This document shows, in pieces, positions 43,013-56,707 of a stretch of 64,000 nt of DNA (position 1 is the stretch's first letter; each line of letters begins with the position of its first letter). The notes below the pieces were generated by a model. It did not search any database, was not told the origin of the DNA, and saw nothing but the letters and a program-made list of their open reading frames with translations. Position numbers and translations under genes: made by a program. This DNA is from Eledone cirrhosa (taxonomy: Eukaryota), in the NCBI GenBank assembly GCA_964016885.1, contig OZ024742.1:98518001-98582000 (forward strand). The letters are read 5' to 3'.

Positions 43013-45562
43013 AGGAACAAGTATGACCCCGACGGCAGAGCTGAAGCCGTTTCGACGGCTATTTCTGAACTAAATATGTATTTTTAGCCTGGTAAATAAA
43101 TAGCCGAACTTCTAGGGGGTATTACCTTATATGGGAAGATAGTAATTGTCGAGAGGATTGGTCAAACATTTGTTGTGAAGACAGATCATGGCATTTTGTG
43201 GGAGGTAATGGTGGCTGAACTTGCCGGTAGAACAAAGAGGGAGTGAGGGAAACCCAGTGAAGCATTGAAATTGAAATCTATACGCAAATTCTAGGGATAG
43301 TCTATAAAAGGTCGAAAAAAGTGTACTGCAGAAGAGGAGGGGCGGTGAGTTGGAAGAATAGGTAAATTGAAAGGGAGTAAAAAAAAAAAAGCATTATAAA
43401 AATAAGGAAATATATATATAAAAACAATTTCTGGTTACTACTCCATTTCTACAATCACCAAATCTCTCGTTGGTATTGCTAAGCTATAGAAAAGTTTAAT
43501 AGGTGGAGAATGGTAAAAATACTAAATACGAGATTGTAGTGAAAGAATTTTATAAAGCCGGCTTTACAGGGGGTCAAACACCGCTGCTATAAATAGTTAG
43601 TAATCAGCCAATGCTATCTTACAATGACAGGTTAATAAGTTGGAAACAAAAATACTAAAATACTATTACAAAAATATTAATACTAATACAAAAATACTAA
43701 TACAAAAATACAAATACAAAAACACCACTAAGACATTTAGAAACTATAGAAATAGATCATGCCACCTGCACCAGTAGCACCGTCGAAGGGAGCTAAGAAG
43801 GCCGCTACGGCTAAACCTCCACGTACTAGAGGAAAAGAAAAAGAAGAGTAAGGGGAAGGAAAGCTATTCCATCTATATTTACAAAGTAATGAAGCAAGTC
43901 CATCCCGACACTGGTATTTCCAGCAAAGCGATGTCTATCACGAACAGTTTTGTTAACGATCTGTTCGAAAGATTAGCTAATGAGTCTAGCCGTTTGGCTC
44001 ACTACAACAAAGTTCTACCATCAGTAGCCATAAAGTCCAGACTGCAGTCCGTCTTCTTCTCCCTGCTGAATTAGCTAAGCACGCCGTCTCTGAGGGCACC
44101 AAAGCTGTCACCAAATACACCAGCAGCAAGTAAAAAACTAGTGGTGTTTTAAAAAAATTGACTGGGGTCTAACACTTCTGCTATAAAAAGCGTAATCGGC
44201 CACTTCTATCTTAAAATTAGGGTGGAGGGGGTACCGAGGCTATAGAGGACCGATGGGCTGCATCGGAATAGACGAAAGGTGAAAAAAAGATACGAGGAAG
44301 GAGATCTGGGGTGGAAGGACTAGGAAATGATGGGGGGGGGGGAAGAAGGAAACATAGAGGGAAAGATAAAAAAGTTACGTCTACCTTTGTAAGCAGGGGT
44401 TACCCCTTACAAAATCAGCAAGTGGGGTATCAGCCCTTGTCTACCTCCCCCCCCCGGTCATTATGGGGTTTGAAGGCGAGGTAAGTCCTACGCAATCTGT
44501 GTTTGCATGCTGTTACAAGTTCTTCTTTCTTGTTTAGGAGTTGGTCCTTCGAAAACAGCATTTGTAATGTTTCCTCCGAGCATAAGTTACACGGACGGCG
44601 TCCTCCCGTGTAAGAGTTAGCTCTGGACAGTAAGCTCCAAGTGAGATTGTAGGTTATATTATTATCTTTGAGTTCCCAGATGTGGCCCCAAAGTGTAGTG
44701 GCATGTCGCCGAGCCGGGTTTCGGAAAGTATGTCGGTGTTGGTAGAGCCGGGTCTTGAAGTCACAAGCGGTTAATCCTATATAAGCTTTGTTGGAGGTGT
44801 CCGTCCTCACGTTGCACTGGTAGATCACATTACGATCTCGGCATCTGTTGTTGAGGGAGCACATGGATCTATCGGGACAGTTACACCTCCTTGTCGGCTC
44901 TCTACTGGTGCGTAGGTTACTTCTTCCATAGGGGTTGAGTTTTCTGTTGTTAGAAGAGACGATGTTTTCTGCGAAGTTAGGTGTGGTGCTGTAGGAGTGT
45001 TTGATTGTGTTTTTGTTGATTATGTTGTGGTAACGGTGTTGTAGGGAAGTGTTATTCTCGGAGCCTAATAAGATTTTCCCGATAGGTGTTGTCACCTCGG
45101 CATTGTAGGGAGGATTGAACCACGTTCCGTTGCGTGAGCGGCGGTGTCGCTTGCTGGTTCCGCTAATGGAAGCTGGATAATAGGATATTTCCTCCCGGAA
45201 GCCACTCCGCTTGAGGGCCTCTTTGTAATAAGGCGCATGTTCGTCAAATATCTACTCATTAGCGGACAAACGAGATATGCGGAGGGAGATGTTTTTAACC
45301 AGGTTATTGGTGATGTTTCTAGGATGGTTCGATCGGCGGTGGATGTAATGCAGGTTGTCGTTTGGTTTCCTGTATGGGTAGCACAGATCATTGTCGAGGT
45401 TAAGGGTGACGTCTAGGAAGTTTACTCGGGTTAGGGACGATGCTGGGCTCCTCTCTCTCAAAGGGTACAACCCCAGGAGTAGAGACCGGGTCCGTAATCA
45501 ACTAATCAGCTTCTTCCGGGACTAGGGATTTATAATAACCCTACAAAAGTCCTTAACCCGAG

Positions 45563-45563
<1 letters not shown>
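43013..45563 (-). mobile_element. 5'-truncated Penelope-like (Naiad-type) element
   Basis: VNFLDVTL..YRKPND..SNHP (RT C-terminus), WFNPPY, CNC..C.L...C, VIYQC..AYIGLT (GIY-YIG), CNLC..E..CKH, stop at 44430. The 3' boundary is inferred from the (TA)n flank and the family D arm. Confidence 0.8.
43759..44133 (+). pseudogene. H2B: Histone H2B pseudogene (two frameshifts)
   Basis: [16 protein letters not shown].../[91 protein letters not shown]. Confidence 0.95.
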
Positions 45564-45648
<85 letters not shown>

Positions 45649-45726
45649 CATATATAATCAAGGTTTAGCAAATAGAGAAAAAGTTTTAAAATAAATTTTA
45701 AAAAGTTTACTGTACTTACTATAATT

Positions 45727-45810
45727 ACCCTTACCACGCCGTTTCAAGTCTCAAAATAAATGGATTATCCATGCGGAACTCCATTGAGAAGAAGACTTTC
45801 GTCAGAGGAT
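45727..45810 (-). ncRNA. Type I hammerhead ribozyme (family E)
   Basis: atcct-CTGACGA-aagtctt...gagactt-GAAA-cggcgtgg-TA-agggt. Confidence 0.8.
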
Positions 45811-46519
45811 TCTTCACACTCGGAGAATATAAAATTCCCGAGTTCAAATCACGAACTGGTGCCATACAGAACTGCTCCCGGATGAGAGTGTCTGATAAGG
45901 AACAATCTTGTCTTGTGCCGTGTGTAAAGATAGAAGGATAGGGCGGAAAGGTCAATGTCCTGCCACTAGAAATAGCAGCAGTAAAAGAACTAAAATGTTA
46001 TCTCGACCTTAGGGGAGATTAATAATAATAAAGTGTTTTCCTACGTGCAAAAAGTGCATATAGGGAAACATGTATTATCCAATCGTATCCATTTATTTTG
46101 AGACTTGAAACTTCGCGGTAAGGGTAAATATAGTAACTACAGTAAACTTTTAAAAATTTATTTTAAAACTTTTTCTCTATTTGATTATATATGTTCTGGC
46201 TCGTTAATTTATTAACCTACCATAGAACCACATTGACATGTGGTTGGATAATACATGTGTCCCTATATGCATTTTTTGCACGTAGGAAAACATACTTTAT
46301 TATTATTAATCTCCCCTAAGGTCGAGATAACAATTTGGTCATTTTACTGCTTCTATTTCTAGTGGCAGGACATTGACCTTTCTGCCCTAGCCTTCTATCT
46401 TTACACACGGCATTAGACAAGATTGTTCCTTATCATACACTCTCATCCGGGAGCAGTTCTGTATGGCGCCAGTTCGTGATTTGAACTCGGTAATTTCATA
46501 TTCTCCGAGTGAGAAGAAG

Positions 46520-46599
46520 CCTCTGACGAAAGTCTCCTTTGCAATGGAGTTCCGCATGGATTATCCATTTATTTTGAGACTAGAAACCGCGTGGTAAGG
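46520..46599 (+). ncRNA. Type I hammerhead ribozyme (family E)
   Basis: cct-CTGACGA-aagtctc...gagacta-GAAA-ccgcgtgg-TA-agg. Confidence 0.75.
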
Positions 46600-46705
46600 G
46601 TAATTATAGTAAGTACAATCAACTTTTTAAAATTTATTTTCAAACTTTTTCTCTATTTGCTAAACCTTGATTAAAGATGTTCAGGCTCGTCAATTTATTA
46701 ACCTA

Positions 46706-46739
<34 letters not shown>

Positions 46740-46742
<3 letters not shown>

Positions 46743-47427
46743 TGTATGTATTTGGCAATATACCGTATGTTTAATTTAAAACATTTTGAAGACCTTGCGC
46801 TATCATCTTAAATTAGTGACTATGTCACTTACTTTTTTTCAGCAAAGGAAGGGGAGAAACTGACAGATTCTGTTTCACACTATTGGTGATCCTCAGAGCA
46901 ACGTACTCACCGCCTTTGCCGAAAATTATAGAGGCTGGATTCTTATAGAATTACAGTAATAATCAGGAACTGATTATACAGAATGATTGCCGGTCCAGCA
47001 AAAATTAAAAATTAGGATTGAGGCTCTGAAATAGCGATGTATACATGAATGTATGTATAATATATTTGCCAATATAAGGTATGTTTAATTTTAAATATTT
47101 TGAAGACCTTGCGCTGTCATTTTAAAGTAGTGACTATGCTGTACCGGCAATGGCTCTCTATGATCAGATCCTGATTATTACTGGAATTCTATAAGAATCC
47201 AGCTTCTATAATTTTCGGTACGTTGCTCTGGGGATCACCAACAGTGTGAAACAGAATCTGTCAGCTTCTCTCCCATCCATTGCCGAAAAAAGAAGTAAGT
47301 GACATAGTCAGTACTTTAAAATGATAGCGCAAGGTCTTCAAAATGTTTTAATTAAACATACAGTATATTACCACATATACTATACATATATTCATATATA
47401 CATCGCTATTTCAGAGCACCAATCCTA
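46740..47427. repeat. Family F hammerhead-bearing repeat (~308 bp unit, partial tandem plus inverted copy)
   Basis: 46740-46830 repeats at ~47048-47140, and 47143-47427 is inverted. Hammerheads at 46859-46899(-) and 47225-47265(+; core CTGGGGA). Confidence 0.85.
46859..46899 (-). ncRNA. Type I hammerhead ribozyme (family F)
   Basis: gct-CTGAGGA-tcac/caata/gtgt-GAAA-cag/aat/ctg-TC-agt. Confidence 0.75.
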
Positions 47428-47626
<199 letters not shown>

Positions 47627-47649
47627 TTTGTTTGTATACCAATAAGGAC

Positions 47650-48360
47650 TCATAAATCATATCAGAGAAATCTACCACAATGTTCAGCCCTTCTTTTAGC
47701 CAGAATCTAACCAGCAATATACCTAAAATATTCTTTAATATCCAACCCACAGCTATCACTCAATTTTTAATAAAAACATAACCAAATCATACTCTACTAG
47801 CCCTAATATAGTTAATTATCTGCATTGAAGCAATGATAACAAATGAAAAATATAATTATATTAATCTCTCAAGTAATACTGCAAACAATCTAGAAATATC
47901 ACCCAAAACCTACTAACTCCAATAAATATTAACAATTATAATTTAAATAATGACATAGTATCTAACAATAATGAAAAATGTAACTGTAGATACTCTGACA
48001 CATGCCCTTTTCATGACGAATGCTTATCTAAAGACATTATTTGCCAATGAAAAATATTCAGTAGTAATGGCAGTAAGGTGTATATAGGGGTTACTTCTGA
48101 TAGTTTCGAATCCAGATACGCTAATTACCGCCACTCTTTCAGAAAAAAAATAACTCGGAAGCTCAACATACCTAGCTGGACATATATGGTACCTCAAAGT
48201 GACCAATATAAAATACTAAAAAGAAAATGTAGCTTGTCTCTAATGGAATGTATATATATTTTAAAATCAAAACTGAAAATTATGAAGAGAAAATCCGATT
48301 TTCTGTTCACATGCCCAAACAAATGGTCTCAATCCTTCTATTATAGTACATTTTAGAAAA
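47650..48360 (+). mobile_element. Degenerate Penelope-like (Naiad-type) fragment: linker, Cys motif and GIY-YIG
   Basis: KSYSTSPNI...KCNCRYSDTCPFHDECLSKDIICQ*KI...VYIGVTSDSFESRYANYRHSF. Confidence 0.8.
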
Positions 48361-49488
48361 TTTAACTATTGAAATCCCTACCAGTCTATAAATGGTAATA
48401 AGGATAGAATCTGAAGGTAATAATACCCAAAATTATCTTATGAATTAAAATTAACAAATTAAATTTTTTCACTTATCTATTAATACTTAAGGTTAAAGAT
48501 AAGTGTAAATCATTGTATGTATGTGTATGTGTGTATACACACATATATATTCATATTTATGCGTTTAGACATGTATATGTATTATATGAATGGAGTTTTA
48601 ACACACATTTTACACACTTACCATTCTTGCACTGTCTCTATATAAACAATTACCACTATTTATTTATTTCCTTTATTTTATGTGTATAATTGTTTTCTGT
48701 TTTCTCTATTTTTTTCCTTTGTACTTTACTATATTTTCTCTAATACTATTGTATATATTTGTATGGATTTAATAATGATTAATAATGATTAATAATGATT
48801 ATATATATATATAAAAGAGAAAACACAGGTAAGCATTGAAAAAAGGATTTTATCCAGGTATTTACGACCGTTTCATTGGTAAGTGCAACCTTATATGGCT
48901 ATACTGTAAATAGCAGCCACTCAATAATAATTGTTGTTCACGTCCAAATTTTCAAAATAGTGAATAAGTTACTCTTAAAAAGTTCTTAATATATTAAAAA
49001 AAATTGTTTTGGAATTGTATTTACTAGTATGGAGAGAGAGGAAGAGGAATTAGAAAGTGGAGGGATAAACGGAGTAGTATAGAGAGAGAGGAGGGGGTAG
49101 AAGAATTAGGAAGTAGAGTGACAAACTGAGATTGAGGGAGGGGTAGAGGTGGAAGGATTCCTCGATTAGTTTTGATACATAGACTTCATGTCGTTTTACA
49201 AGGTAGTGAGTTAAAGAGAATTAAATTGTTTATAGTGGGAGGGATGGAGAAAGAGAGAGAGAGAGGGGGAGAGAGATAGAGAGATAAATATATATATAAA
49301 AACATAAAAATAAATATAAAGAAGGGGAGGGGGAGAAAGAAGAAAAGAAAATATAGCAAAAAAGGGAGAGAAGAAGGGAAGAAAACGAAAAGAAATAGAA
49401 AAGGAATGATATATATATATATATATATAATGTTTGTGTCCATTTATAGGTGTAGGTTTATATTTATATATATCCTTTATATATAGAT

Positions 49489-49536
<48 letters not shown>

Positions 49537-49636
49537 TATTGAAATTTCCGTTGGAAACAGAAAAGGTTATAGAAATGAAGAGTGCTCTATGTAAGTATCA
49601 GAGCAAAATTTAATGTATGAAAATCAATACAATATA

Positions 49637-49714
49637 ATTACCTCATTACCAGAGGTTTCCCGAATGAGGCGAATACGAAATAAACGACTTCATTCGTTCG
49701 TCAGACGAGGCAAT
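49637..49714 (-). ncRNA. Type I hammerhead ribozyme with long stems
   Basis: attgcctcgt-CTGACGA-a-cgaatga...tcattcg-g-GAAA-cc/tct/gg-TA-atgaggtaat, with a 10-bp stem I. Confidence 0.9.
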
Positions 49715-50769
49715 ATAAAACATGGGCAAATACTTAGAAAAACACATCAAGAAAATCAAAAAAAGATATAGATAAATGAAATAGAAATTGAAATATATAA
49801 AAATCTATCAAGAAATATAGTTAGGTGTGTGTATATGTATGTATATACGCTCATAGATGTGCATATATGTATATGTGCACATGTAAATGTATAGTGAGAA
49901 AGTGTGCGTAATTCTAAAATATGGGGAAATGTATCTATATGTCTGTATTATACAGACAGAAATGGTTACATCGTAAATGAAAGCGCGCGCATAAAACGCC
50001 TGGACACTCGTACACTTAGATGCGGAAAGAAAGGAGGTAGAGGGAGTGTAATAATTAAAAGAAAAGTATCAGTCTCGATATATTTATAAAAATATAATAA
50101 CGATAAATTAGAAAGAAAAGATATTAGAAAGAACAAATTAAAGAAAACAAAAAAAGGGGGGTACATACATACACAGACACGCGTGTCTCACAAAATAAAT
50201 GTAAAAATAATTATGCTTATATACACACGCTCACTTACACTTCCATACGTTCGATACGTACATACACACACACACACACACACATACTTATACTCACGCA
50301 TATAAACCTGTTTGCATGCCCACGTATGAAACTGAGTAAGTAAAAAAAGAGGGAAGGGGGGGACAAGAAAAAAGGAACAAAACATAAAACCGAGATGTCA
50401 AAAACACGGATATAAAGACACGTACACATACGCATAATATATACATACACACACACACAAACACCTGTACACATACGTATATATACACACATATATATAT
50501 ATATACATATATATACATATACATACACGCACGCGCGCGCGCACACGTAGTCACTCATGTACATATATAAAAAGTATACACACATTAAGGCGTTCAGCCA
50601 TATTGAAATGTGGATAAATAAGTACAAATATAAAATTGTAAGATAGGCTGCGCAAAAATAAAAAAATAAAAATAAAAATGAAAAATATATCTGGATGGAA
50701 AAACACAAAAGACAAGTGTAATCAGTTAGTGGAGGAAAAAGTGAAGTAAAAAATAAAAAAATAAAAATA

Positions 50770-50891
<122 letters not shown>

Positions 50892-51796
50892 TTATATGAG
50901 AAAAGTTCCGAAATTTTGTACGGATAAATTTGGAAATTAGTAAACCCATTTTCCAAAAGATATACAAATTACCATTATAGTTATTTGTAATTTATTTCGT
51001 ACTTTGTTTAGATGTTATCTATAGACACATTAATATAACTCTAGATAAATAGTAATAGAGGTAGAACTGAAAGTAAAATAGAAATAAATACATAATTATA
51101 GTCAAATAAGCTGGCTGTAACTAAAGATGTCCTAAATCAAAACAAACATTAGTTTTTGGTAAATGTTCCTTGAAATAATAAATAAGAAACAATATATAAA
51201 CGATTATAAATATATGAGACGCATAATAAGTAAAGGGTTTTAGACAAGGAACGTAAACAAACTAACACCGTTAAATAACGATATGTTGAGCTAGAAATGA
51301 AAGCACTCCATTTGAAATGTCTCAACGATGAAAAAATTAGTTTTAATTTTGAAGCTGATTAAAAAATTATAGATAATATACAAAAATATTTAATATATAT
51401 ATATATGGGACGGTGACTATAATCTACTAAATATTTTCATATTTTTCTCTTAAAAATAACTTAGGGCAGTATGTTCATAATGCCCTAATTTTGTAAGAAA
51501 AACAGTTGTAATCAATTACTAGTTTTAACACATCCTTTCTGGAAAAAAGACACACTGATAAATGTGCACGTTTGAAAACTTTGTACAAGCTTATTATAAA
51601 TCTGCATTTGGAATTTGATCTGACTCCCTAAATATTCCATATTTTGGATCAACTCTGTTTCTTGATAGTTGTCATACGATATTAATTTAATATTATTTTA
51701 TTCTTTATATTTCCTGAAAAGATAGGGTTGGGATAAATCACCCATAATAAAGTTAATTCTTAACTGGTAATATCCAGTTTATCCAAAAATGCATAG

Positions 51797-52005
51797 GCTA
51801 TTCTAGCAGGGGTGAAGTATTCGTAGATGTATAAATAAATAACATCATCCTATCCTTGGTCTTCTTAAAAGTTGAATTTTTAAATGCTCTGCTAGCTGAG
51901 ACTGCCCTTAATTCATCCAGTTTCTTTTCACTCCTGAAGACAGAAGACCGTAAATTGCATTGAGCTTAAGAATGAAAATAGTGAAGTACTACACTATAAA
52001 CACAT

Positions 52006-52101
<96 letters not shown>

Positions 52102-52301
52102 GTGTTTATAGTGTAGTACTTCACTATTTTCATTCTTAAGCTCAATGCAATTTACCGTCTTCAGGAGTGAAAAGAAACTGGATTAATTAAGGGCAGTCTC
52201 AGCTAGCAGGGCATTTAAAAGTTCAACTTTTAAGAAGACCAAGGATAGGATGATGTTATTTATTTATACATCTACGAATATTTCACCCCTGCTAGAATAG
52301 C
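51797..52301. repeat. Inverted repeat with ~205 bp arms centred on a (TA)n tract
   Basis: 51797-52007 is the near-perfect reverse complement of 52098-52301. Confidence 0.95.
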
Positions 52302-53862
<1,561 letters not shown>

Positions 53863-53869
53863 GTTCCTA

Positions 53870-54549
53870 CATTTTGCCACCGATTTCGTCCAAATTTTAA
53901 AGCGAAATTGAATTTATCATCCTATAATTGCTTTATATTTTGCATTTGTTGTTCAGGGACGGCGTGGCAGCCGCTTAAATATTCAAAAATACCACTTTTA
54001 GACTCAAATTTCCACTTTTTCGGCTTTAGCTCCCACATTAATCAACCTACTTTGTTCAAATTTTACACTACGCTAGACCTGATTATTTCACGTCTTCAAA
54101 TAGCTTTTCATTTTAGGAGTTTTGTTCAGGAACGGCGTGGAAGCCGCTTAAATATTCGAAAAAACTACCTTTTCGCTCAAATTTCCGCCTTTTCGGCTCT
54201 AGCTCCCACATTTTTCAACCGATTTCGTTCAAATGCGAAACTTTGGCTCCACCTCACACATAAATCAATTTATTTGGTTCAACTTTTATACTACGATAGA
54301 ACCTTCATTGCACATTTTATAGTAGCTTTACACTTTGCATTTTTTGTTCAGGGACGGCGTGGCAGCCGTTTAACTCTTCAAAATAAGATTTTTTCTCCCA
54401 AATATTCCATACGATTTCACTCAACATTTTGCCATTTGCTACACCTTACGACCGATTTTCAAGAAACTCGCAGTCGCTAAAATCAACACCTTTTCATCAA
54501 AGCAGATATTATTTTACCTACACAGGCAACGCTGGGTACTGCTGCTAGT
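53870..54549 (+). mobile_element. Probable Helitron 3' portion with ~175-220 bp internal repeats
   Basis: GTTCAGG(G/A)ACGGCGTGG repeated at ~53951, 54124 and 54346. Ends CAGGCAACGCTGGGTACTGCTG-CTAG-T. Confidence 0.55.
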
Positions 54550-54574
54550 ATATATATATATATATATATTTATT

Positions 54575-54794
54575 TGTGTTTGTTGGTTTACCACTGGATA
54601 GAACTGGTAATTCTGTGTGGTCAGCCACGATGTAATGTTATGGAAAACATTCAACGTAATGCAGCCAGCCATCTTCGTTTCTGTAGTTGGTGGTGCGAGT
54701 ACGGAGTTAATTATTACAAAATAACAGAAGGCATGTTCTGGTGTCAATCTTTCAAGGATTTACACCAGAACATGCCTCCTGTTATTTTGTAATA
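54575..54794. repeat. Family C element with terminal hairpin 54712-54794
   Basis: The hairpin is also present at 56605-56682 and, inverted, at 57744-57838. Confidence 0.75.
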
Positions 54795-54859
54795 TATATA
54801 TAACTTTGAAAACTTTGATAAATTTGATAGGTTTCGGCCAGTATTGGCCCAGGCCATGT

Positions 54860-56604
54860 CTAACTTAATAGCACCATCTGGCGAAGTCTTACAAATCAGT
54901 GTTTGGGCACCATGGCCCACTCGAGCAGAGCGTTATTGTTTACGGAGGCATATCCGGGTGTAGGAGGCTTATCCAGGATTTCTTGAAGGAATTTATCCAA
55001 AGACTTCTTGAACTTGACGGGGTCTGTCTCGGCTTTGATGTGTCTTGGTGTAATGTTAAAGAGTGCAGGGCCAATTGAGGTGAAACAATTGTGCCGTATT
55101 GTTGTTATGTGATGCGAGTGGGATTTTTGTCGTGGGCTGATAGCACGGGGCCCAAACCTTGGCTGTACACTAAACGTGATGCCAACATCATTTGGGCTAA
55201 GCTGATGGAATATTTTCCACATCATACAGATAATGTAGCGCTCACGGCGACGTTGAAGAGAATAAGGTTTGAGCTTTTCTAATCGACACCAATAGTCAAG
55301 GCCTGTCATGCCAACTATCCTTTTTGTAATTGACCTTTGGGGTGCTTCAACTTTCATGATACTTTGTTTCGTGTGGGGTGACCACAGTGGACAACAGTAT
55401 TCAAGGTGGAGTCAGGCAAAAGTGGAGAAGAGAAGGACAACAGTGTGGATATCTCTCGACTGGAAAGTTCTGAGAATCCAGGAACATATTCTGCGGGCCA
55501 TATCAACTTTGCTGTTTATATGAGTGGCCCAGCTCATATTGTTGTCCACTATTACTCACAGGTCTCTGATGTTATTGGAAGTCACTAGAGTTTCACCCGA
55601 AAGAAGAGAGTATGGAAGTTTCAGGGCATCCTTTTTTCCAAAGTGGATTAGTTCAAATTTATCCTCATTCAACAGCATATTATTCATCTCTTCCCATTGG
55701 ATAACAGCCAGTAGGTGTGACTGAAGGCAAGTCCGGTCACCCACTTCATTGACGACGCTTTGCAGCTTTGAATCATATGCGAAGATTCTGATGTTGCTGT
55801 GTTTGATGATGTTAGTAATGTCATTAATGTAGATGATGAAAAGAAGTGTGCCCAACACAGTGCCTTGTGGGACGCCACTGCTGACTTTGGCAGGGCTTGA
55901 TCTTACTCCTTCGACTACAACATGCTGGGTTCTGCCTGTCAGGAAACATTTGATCCACTGTAGTAACCTTCCAGAGACACCAACATTGGATAGTTTTTTC
56001 AGTAGAATCTTATGATCAACCCTGTCGAGGGCCTTGCTGAAATCAAGGTAGATGACACCTCTCCCAAGGCTCTCAAAACATCGTCAAAGTGATGCGGGAG
56101 CTGCGTTAGGCAGTCGCTTCCATGTTGGTTGGAGTTCAGCAGGCCGTTGCTTTCAAGAAAGTTGGTTATTCCTGATCTCACCACCCTCTCAAATACCTTG
56201 ATAATATGCGAGGTGAGTTAGATCGGACGGTAGTTCACTGCAAGGGACTTATTTCCCTTTTTGAAGACTGGGACAACGGACTGGGACAAAGTTTTCAGGA
56301 ATATAGCCAGTCTCCAGTGAGTTCCTCCATATATTAGAAAAAGAAGTTGCAAGTTGGTGTCGACACACCATCAGGACACAAACAGGGAACTTGTCGGAGC
56401 CTACTGCTGAATTTTGTTTAATTTCGTTTATTGCCGCTAAGACATCAGGGGCGCCAAACGTTATGTCTGATATAGTGTGTTGGGGTTTAATATCACTGAT
56501 ACGGCCCAGATCGGCCATATCAGGGTTGTTGAAAACAGAGCAGTATTGTTTCTGCAGTATCTCACCCATGGTTTTGACATTGTCCTGGAGTGTGCCATTT
56601 TCAT
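54860..56604 (-). mobile_element. 5'-truncated CR1-group LINE (RT and C-terminal region), degenerate
   Basis: YRPI.LTSHIIKVFE, DFSKALDRVDH, SGVPQGTVLG.LLFIIYIND, FAYDSKL, SLQRRRERY. Confidence 0.85.
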
Positions 56605-56707
56605 CAAAATAACAGGAGGCATGTTCTAGTGCAAATATTTCAAGGTTTTACACCAGAACATGCCTCCTGTTATTTTGTAATATATATATATATATATGTA
56701 TAGTAAT

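Larger units (their letters stand above)
45645..46706. repeat. Family E hammerhead-bearing repeat (~477 bp period; inverted plus direct copies)
   Basis: 45645-46083 is the reverse complement of ~46243-46682. 46087-46222 repeats directly at 46563-46708. Confidence 0.9.

Noticed and set aside
43759-44133. Functional H2B gene or histone cluster
   Set aside because: Two frameshifts, no histone stem-loop and no neighbouring histone genes.
48858-48912. Possible hammerhead (GAAACGGTC with 7-bp stem I on the minus strand); similar partial matches at ~51930 and ~62610
   Set aside because: No recognisable CUGANGA at 48858 or 62610, and no well-formed GAAA/stem III at 51930.
53908-54480. 190 aa ORF with repeated segments
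   Set aside because: Arises from internal DNA repeats of a probable Helitron, has a non-ATG start and shows no protein motif.
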